Source of the DNA: a virus
Taxonomy: Duplodnaviria > Heunggongvirae > Uroviricota > Caudoviricetes
DNA: 51,736 nt
Strand: one strand, 5' to 3'
Virus record (IMG/VR): IMGVR_UViG_2737471852_000002
Coordinates: 1 to 51,736 of that record
Shown in pieces: positions 45,993 through 51,736 of the stretch (the stretch's first letter is position 1; each line of letters starts with the position of its first letter). The notes under the pieces are model-generated. The model did no database searches. It was not told the DNA's origin and worked only from the letters and a program-made list of their open reading frames with translations. Position numbers and translations under genes: made by a program.

Positions 45993-48902
45993 ATGGAATT
46001 TTTCCATCTGATAAAAGCCAGTCAGAAGTCTGGCAAGAAAGATGCAGTGATTTGGTTCACTGCGAAAAGTGTAGCGCGCGCCAATCTCCAACTCGATGTG
46101 GCACTGGAAGAAGCCGGAATTGAAGAAACTGGCCGCGGTAAAGATTATGCCAAACCAATCCGCACCGATTTCCCGGTATATGACGACCTGCCGGAAGAAG
46201 GCGCAGTGGATTACACCTGGTGCGAACGCTACGAACTGCAGAACGATGACCGCACCTGGCTGCCAAAAGTCACAGCTGAAAACTCTGACGAGAAAACGGC
46301 TCAGACCGTTGATAGTCACATAACTACTGAGTCAACGCTGCCAGAAACCGCTGGCATCACGCTGGACGAACACGACGACGACTCAACCCTCTACCCGGTA
46401 GTGCAGATGCCGTTTCGTAAGCAACTGCTTTCCCAGTTCACCGCCGACGAACTGCGCCACCACGTAACCCGCGAAGAGTACGAAGCTATCGGCGCGCTGG
46501 AGATGGACACTGATAACAGTTACGTCCAGAACTTGCTGTTAGCTGCTGAGAACTGCCCGGAAGTGAAGGGTTACGACACCAAAGACCTGTGGCGCTACAC
46601 CGATGCCATTCGCAAAGTGTTCAGCCAGGACAAGCGTCACGAACTCGCGCTGGTACTCCGTTTCACCAGAATGTGGGCGGCGACTGATTACATTGACCGT
46701 GGCATCCTGGCGCGTGAATGGGCTGCCGGTAATCACATCAGTAGTGTTCAGCGTACTGATTCCGGAACCAATGCCAACGGCGGTTACGTCACTGACCGTG
46801 GACCTGATACATACCATACCCTTGACACTCTCGATTTAGAGATTGCATGTGCCCTTCTGCCTATGGACTTCAACCACTTCGAGATCCCGGGCAGCATTCT
46901 TCGTCGCGCTAAAGAAATCGTGACCAAAAAAGAAGAACCGTGGAAATCATGGAGCAGCATTCTGCGCAATCAACCCGGCGTTCTTGGCGTTAACCGCACA
47001 GCTATTTTTAACCTGATACGTATCGCGCCGGAAAATATTCATCTAACTCCTGTCGCTCACCTGGAGTTTGTTAACCGGACCATGACTGCTGCGTTTAATG
47101 CTGCTGTTGAGTTATTGCCATTGCATGAAGCTGAGCCCGCAACACAGGAAATTCCCCAACCTGAAAGTAAGGAGTCTCCACGCAAACCCTTCTGCACTCA
47201 CGAAGAGAACCTGCAACGCGTACGTGAAGAAGAAGCACGCCGCCGCGCAGAGGAAGCGACAGCACAACCACATAAAGCCGAACAAGAACTGGTTAAAAAT
47301 GTCGGCAACGGAATATTCGATGTTACGGCTTTACTGCAGAACTCAGCAACTCATGGCACGAAACAGGCTACGGAAACCACCAGCAATGTGCAGGTTCAAG
47401 AAACTGTCAGTGATGAAAAAAATGTTGGTAATGAAATGCAGTCAGGCGAAAGCAGTCTGGAAACTGGTGAAGAGTCACATCCCGGCCAGCAGGCCGATGT
47501 AAACCAAAATACGGAATCTGTCGCTCAAAATAGCGATTCTGTAAACCAGACTGAACCAGTTTTGGCACACGTCGAGCCAGAGGCGCAATCTGACGAACAA
47601 GCTGTTTTTTACCCCGATTACTTCGAGCCTGGGCGCTATGAAGGTCTGCCGAACGAGGTTTACCACGCTGCCAACGGAATCAGTTCCACCCAGGTAAAAG
47701 ATGCGCGCGTTTCGCTGATGTACTTCAATGCGCGCCACGTTGAGAAAACCATCGTCAAAGAGCGCTCCTCAGTGCTGGACATGGGAAACCTGGTACATGC
47801 GCTGGCGTTGCAGCCAGAACAGCTCGATGAAGAATTTAGCGTTGAACCCGTAATTCCGGAAGGTGCATTTACCACCACGGCAACGATCCGCGCGTTTATT
47901 GATGAGTACAACGCCAGCCTGCCAGCGCAACTGAGCGCAGACGATATCAAAGCTTTGCTGGATGAATACAACGCCACCCTGCCAGCGCTGGTGCCGCTGG
48001 GCGCTAGCCTGGATGAAACGGCGCAGAACTATATGGCGCTGCCAGCTGAATTCCAACGTATCGATGCAGATCAGAAGAAGACAGCAACAGCAATGAAGGC
48101 GTGCATCAAAGAGTACAACGCCACCCTGCCAGCGCAGATTAAAACCAGCGGCAGCCGCGACGCACTACTCGAACAACTTGCGATTATCAATCCTGACCTG
48201 GTCGCGCAGGAAGCTCAGAAGCTGCAACCGCTGAAAGTCTCTGGCACGAAGGCCGATCTGATTCAGGCCGTGAAGGCAGTCAAACCAGATGCAGTGTTCG
48301 CCGACGAGCTGCTCGATGCTTGGCGCAACAACCCGGAAGGGAAAGTGCTGGTTACCCACCAGCAACTTGCCACCGCGCAGGCAATTCAGTCAGCACTGCT
48401 CTCGCACCCGACCGCAGGCATGCTGCTAACCCACCCGAGCCGCGCCGTTGAGGTGAGCTACTTTGGCTTTGACGAGGAGACGGGACTGGAAGTTCGTGTG
48501 CGCCCTGACCTTGAGATCGACCTAGACGGCGTGCGTATCGGTGCTGACCTGAAAACCATCAGCATGTGGAATGTTAAGCAGGAAAGCCTGCGCGCCAGGC
48601 TACACCGGGAAATTATTGAACGTGATTATCACCTGAGCGCGGCTATGTACTGCGAAACCGCAGCGCTGGATCAGTTCTTCTGGATTTTCGTCAACAAAGA
48701 CGAGAACTACCACTGGATCGCCATCATCGAGGCATCCGCTGAACTACTGGAGCTGGGTATGCTCGAGTACCGCAAAGCGATGCGCAATATCGCAACCGGA
48801 TTCGACACAGGTGAATGGCCAGCGCCAATCACTGCTGACTACACCGACGAACTGAACGACTTCGACCTGCGCCGCCTTGAAGCGCTGCGTACTCAGGCAT
48901 AA
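45993..48902 (+). CDS. recE: RecE-like exonuclease VIII
   Basis: N-terminal and central regions parallel Rac RecE as I recall it (VIWFTAKSV..., FTRMWAATDYIDRGILAREWAAGNHISSVQRTDSGTNANGG); C-terminal nuclease domain; AAGAGGA RBS before ATG at 45993. Confidence 0.8.
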   Translation: MEFFHLIKASQKSGKKDAVIWFTAKSVARANLQLDVALEEAGIEETGRGKDYAKPIRTDFPVYDDLPEEGAVDYTWCERYELQNDDRTWLPKVTAENSDEKTAQTVDSHITTESTLPETAGITLDEHDDDSTLYPVVQMPFRKQLLSQFTADELRHHVTREEYEAIGALEMDTDNSYVQNLLLAAENCPEVKGYDTKDLWRYTDAIRKVFSQDKRHELALVLRFTRMWAATDYIDRGILAREWAAGNHISSVQRTDSGTNANGGYVTDRGPDTYHTLDTLDLEIACALLPMDFNHFEIPGSILRRAKEIVTKKEEPWKSWSSILRNQPGVLGVNRTAIFNLIRIAPENIHLTPVAHLEFVNRTMTAAFNAAVELLPLHEAEPATQEIPQPESKESPRKPFCTHEENLQRVREEEARRRAEEATAQPHKAEQELVKNVGNGIFDVTALLQNSATHGTKQATETTSNVQVQETVSDEKNVGNEMQSGESSLETGEESHPGQQADVNQNTESVAQNSDSVNQTEPVLAHVEPEAQSDEQAVFYPDYFEPGRYEGLPNEVYHAANGISSTQVKDARVSLMYFNARHVEKTIVKERSSVLDMGNLVHALALQPEQLDEEFSVEPVIPEGAFTTTATIRAFIDEYNASLPAQLSADDIKALLDEYNATLPALVPLGASLDETAQNYMALPAEFQRIDADQKKTATAMKACIKEYNATLPAQIKTSGSRDALLEQLAIINPDLVAQEAQKLQPLKVSGTKADLIQAVKAVKPDAVFADELLDAWRNNPEGKVLVTHQQLATAQAIQSALLSHPTAGMLLTHPSRAVEVSYFGFDEETGLEVRVRPDLEIDLDGVRIGADLKTISMWNVKQESLRARLHREIIERDYHLSAAMYCETAALDQFFWIFVNKDENYHWIAIIEASAELLELGMLEYRKAMRNIATGFDTGEWPAPITADYTDELNDFDLRRLEALRTQA
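47904..48135 (+). repeat. three near-identical 25-bp intragenic repeats in recE
   Basis: gaNtacaacgccaNcctgccagcgc at about 47904, 47964 and 48111, each encoding EYNA(S/T)LPA. Confidence 0.7.
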
Positions 48903-48907
48903 GGGGA

Positions 48908-50026
48908 ATGATGATGGAAAACACGAATATCGTAACCGCTGAACAGCAGACTCCAAACACGATCTCAGCCAGCAATGCCATTTTCAACGTGCAGGCTTTA
49001 ACCCAGCTTCAGTCTGTCGCCGGGTTGATGGCACAGGCAGCCGTAACGGTGCCTGAGCACCTCCGCGGCAATCCGGCAGACTGCATGGCCATCATCATGC
49101 AGGCGATGCAGTGGGGTATGAACCCTTACGCCGTGGCGCAAAAGACGCACCTGGTTAACGGTGTCCTGGGATACGAAGCGCAACTGGTTAATGCGGTGAT
49201 CTCCAGCTCAAACGCCATCGTTGGCCGCTTTCACTATGAGTACGAGGGCGACTGGTCGAAATGTGCCAGCAGCCGCGAGATAACCGTTAAAAAGCCTGCG
49301 AAAGGTGGCGGGACGTACGACAAGAAAGAAATGGTACGCGGTTGGGAAAGTGCTGATGAACAAGGACTGTCGGTACGGGTAGGTGCCGTTATTCGCGGTG
49401 AAAGTGATATCACCTGGGGAGAGCCTGTTTTCCTCTCCAGCGTAATCACACGTAATTCTCCACTTTGGGTATCAAACCCGAAACAGCAGATCGCTTATCT
49501 GGCACTCAAATACTGGGCGCGCCTGTATTGCCCTGCAGTTGTTCTTGGTGTGTACACCCCTGATGAGATTGAACAGCGCACAGAAAAAGAGATCAACCCA
49601 ACGCCGCAACGCGTTAGCCTGGCTGATATCTCAGGTGACACCGTCACAACCACGCAAAGCGCACAGGAATCGTCGGTAAATGTCGACTCTCTTGCCGATG
49701 ATTTCCGCGAACGCATCGAATCTGCTCAGGACGTGGATAGCGCCAAATCGCTGCGTGCCGACATTGAAACGGCGAAAGCTACGCTGGGATCCGCACTATT
49801 CACCGAGCTGAAAAACAAAGCCGTAAAGCGTTATTACCTAGTGGATGCACGCAACAAGGTTGAGGAGGCTATTAAATCCCTGCCCCAGCCCGACGAGCCG
49901 CATGCAGCCGAACGGTTCGCTGAAGCCGAGCGCATGCTTGCATCTTCAAAGCGTCACTTAGGCGATGAACTGCACGATCAATTCAGCATCACCCTGGCGG
50001 ATATGAAACCGGAATACGTGGCCTGA
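48908..50026 (+). CDS. single-strand annealing protein of the RecT/Red-beta superfamily
   Basis: 372 aa immediately downstream of recE; ...NPADCMAIIMQAMQWGMNPYAVAQKTHLVNGVLGYEAQL... parallels the Red-beta/RecT core. Confidence 0.65.
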   Translation: MMMENTNIVTAEQQTPNTISASNAIFNVQALTQLQSVAGLMAQAAVTVPEHLRGNPADCMAIIMQAMQWGMNPYAVAQKTHLVNGVLGYEAQLVNAVISSSNAIVGRFHYEYEGDWSKCASSREITVKKPAKGGGTYDKKEMVRGWESADEQGLSVRVGAVIRGESDITWGEPVFLSSVITRNSPLWVSNPKQQIAYLALKYWARLYCPAVVLGVYTPDEIEQRTEKEINPTPQRVSLADISGDTVTTTQSAQESSVNVDSLADDFRERIESAQDVDSAKSLRADIETAKATLGSALFTELKNKAVKRYYLVDARNKVEEAIKSLPQPDEPHAAERFAEAERMLASSKRHLGDELHDQFSITLADMKPEYVA

Positions 50027-50064
50027 CGAGACCGGGAGGGGTAACCCTCCCTCAAGGAGATTAT

Positions 50065-50307
50065 ATGCGACTGATCAATCGAGGAAGTAAGCAATCACCT
50101 TTAGCTCGCCAAGCATGCGACATCGCGCTGGCAGCTCACTTGCAAACATATGGCGACTATGGGCGAAGCAAGATGAAAGAGACTTATACGGTGAAGGTTG
50201 AAGGCGTGAAAGTCTGGGTGGAGGTGGTGAACCGAAAGGCGAGCTACGTGGCCACAGCGATGACCGGCATGCGCCGTCTCCGCTCCCTGCCCGGGCAGGT
50301 TGGTTGA
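50065..50307 (+). CDS. hypothetical protein
   Basis: 80 aa with strong AAGGAG RBS; between the annealing-protein gene and the excisionase-like gene. Confidence 0.45.
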   Translation: MRLINRGSKQSPLARQACDIALAAHLQTYGDYGRSKMKETYTVKVEGVKVWVEVVNRKASYVATAMTGMRRLRSLPGQVG

Positions 50308-50348
50308 TAAAGATTTTGAATGGCCCGAACGGGCAACTGGAGAGAGCT

Positions 50349-50546
50349 ATGGATGATATTTTGGTAACGTCAGACCTGACCAGTCGCTACAAAATTTCAC
50401 GCAAAACCCTTTGGTCATGGCAAAGTGCAGACACAATGCCTCGGGGCTTCGTATGCCCGTTCCCACCCCCTGACTGGCCCGGCAACCCTAACCGCTGGCG
50501 CTCTGAGTCAATCAAAGAGTGGGAGGATAAAAAGAAGATAAATTAA
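50349..50546 (+). CDS. xis: excisionase / AlpA-like small DNA-binding protein
   Basis: about 65 aa from ATG at 50349 (GGAGAG RBS); [15 protein letters not shown]...PRGF; adjacent and convergent to the integrase. Confidence 0.55.
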
Positions 50547-51736
50547 CTGAAGGGCTCTCCGATGATCTCTTCAAGATGGCTCTGCCAAACGCGGAGCCAG
50601 TGTTTCTGATCATCGATATAGTCATGAAGGTTGTAATGCGCCATAACCCCCACCATCTGATGCCCGAGCAGCTTTTCAATTACGTGCGGCGGGCAACCTA
50701 ACTCAGAGAGATTTGTGGCTATCGTCCGCCTCATATCATGAAGCGACCACTCTGCCATACCTGTTCCATTCCAAATAGAACGGGCGTAATTGGATGCCAC
50801 AGGTGAATGAACGGGCGAATCTTTGATCCCGCCATCAATTTTACGTTGTGAAGTCACCAGGTGATTGGTGTTTATTTTCTTGAGGTGATTTCTGACCAGG
50901 TTAACGGCGGCGTCTGAGAGTCCCCTTCTAATATGTACCCGAGTTTTATAACTGCCCGCAGGCACGACCCACTCATTATCATCCAATCGAAACCATGATC
51001 TCTCACTAAGTCGAATCTCAGCCGTACGGCATCCGGTAAGCATAATAAATTTCACCAGGAAAACGGACTCTATCGACATATGGCTTTTCAACCACTGATA
51101 GATTTTGCGCAGATCGTCATCGTCCATCCTGCGAGTTCTCTTTTTAGGCTTTTGCCCGACATCAGATGGCAGTAATCCCTCGAGTGGGTTTGAGGCGATC
51201 ACACTTCTGTTAACGCAGAACCTAAACGCCCGTTTGCACAGCGAAAGCATGTAATGAGCCATCACCCTGCTTTCTATAGAATCGAAGACGTTGATCCAGT
51301 GCATTTTCGCTGTGTTATCGACTTTGACATTCTTCATCGGTTCGGCGATATGTTTCTCAAACACCTGGCGATAGTAATCGACTTTAACTAGCCCGTTAGC
51401 GATACAGTGCCTTTCAATCCAGTAATTGAACGCTTCGGCAACGGACATCGCTTCCTGTCGGGTCTGCTTATCCAGCTTCACCTGCTCTCGCGGATCCAGT
51501 CCCTCAGTTAACCAGTTTCTGAATTGTTGGCGACGCTCTCTTGCCTGGGTGATACTCATTGCAGGATAATCACCAACATTGAGTTTTACCGCTTTACCGG
51601 CCCAGCGATACCGATAGAAAAATGATATTTTTCCGGCCTGGCTGATTCTGGCGTTGAGCCCGTGCGAATCAGAAATAATCTCGATATCATCTCTTTTCTT
51701 GCCGAGCGCCTTCCTGAGCTTTGTGTCGGTGATCAT
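50543..51736 (-). CDS. int: tyrosine integrase (P4-type, with N-terminal arm-binding domain)
   Basis: 397 aa; N-terminal [10 protein letters not shown]...[10 protein letters not shown]; C-terminal catalytic region with HDMRRT and [18 protein letters not shown]; ATG is at the window edge. Confidence 0.9.

Noticed and set aside
1-51736. Search for tRNA, rRNA, tmRNA or an attachment site at a tRNA gene, and for IS elements
   Set aside because: No cloverleaf-like sequence with the conserved GTTC...CCA features, no rRNA-like stretch and no transposase ORF were recognisable by eye; the integrase-proximal end of the prophage lies beyond the window.

Overview
This window is almost entirely phage-derived and falls into two compositionally distinct parts. 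(1) About 10.2-51.7 kb is one apparently complete mosaic prophage, running backwards relative to the window. It has a lambda-like control, replication and lysis backbone: tyrosine integrase at the right edge (its ATG is the last three bases of the window), excisionase-like gene, RecE/RecT recombination module, CI repressor, lambda-Cro-like protein, CII-like protein, O-like initiator with five 17-bp iterons inside the gene, DnaC-like helicase loader, nin-type region with RusA, Q-like antiterminator with a pR'/tR'-like promoter-terminator pair, and a holin / GH19-type endolysin / Rz-Rz1 cassette. This is joined to Mu-like morphogenesis genes: terminase, portal, F-like head protein, protease/scaffold, capsid, sheath, tube, chaperone with a canonical -1 frameshift site, tape measure with a lytic-transglycosylase motif, baseplate genes, and a tail fibre whose C-terminus is switched by a Pin/Gin-type invertase acting on two 26-bp hix/gix-like sites. 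Several small genes sit at classic moron positions (downstream of cI, between tR' and the holin, inside the baseplate cluster, between the terminase genes). (2) About 1-9.2 kb is a strongly AT-rich segment with a second tape-measure-like gene, a tightly packed four-gene operon ending in a small HNH endonuclease, a resolvase-type serine recombinase next to a cluster of GTCTCA(A/T)AAG sites, and a ~1.9 kb ORF-poor stretch full of repeats, stem-loops and promoter-like motifs. A YciI-like gene with host-like composition lies between the two parts. I saw no rRNA, tRNA, CRISPR array or transposase. All functional calls rest on remembered family resemblance and motif reading, not on searches; coordinates of starts that I moved from the ORF track were checked by hand against the sequence.
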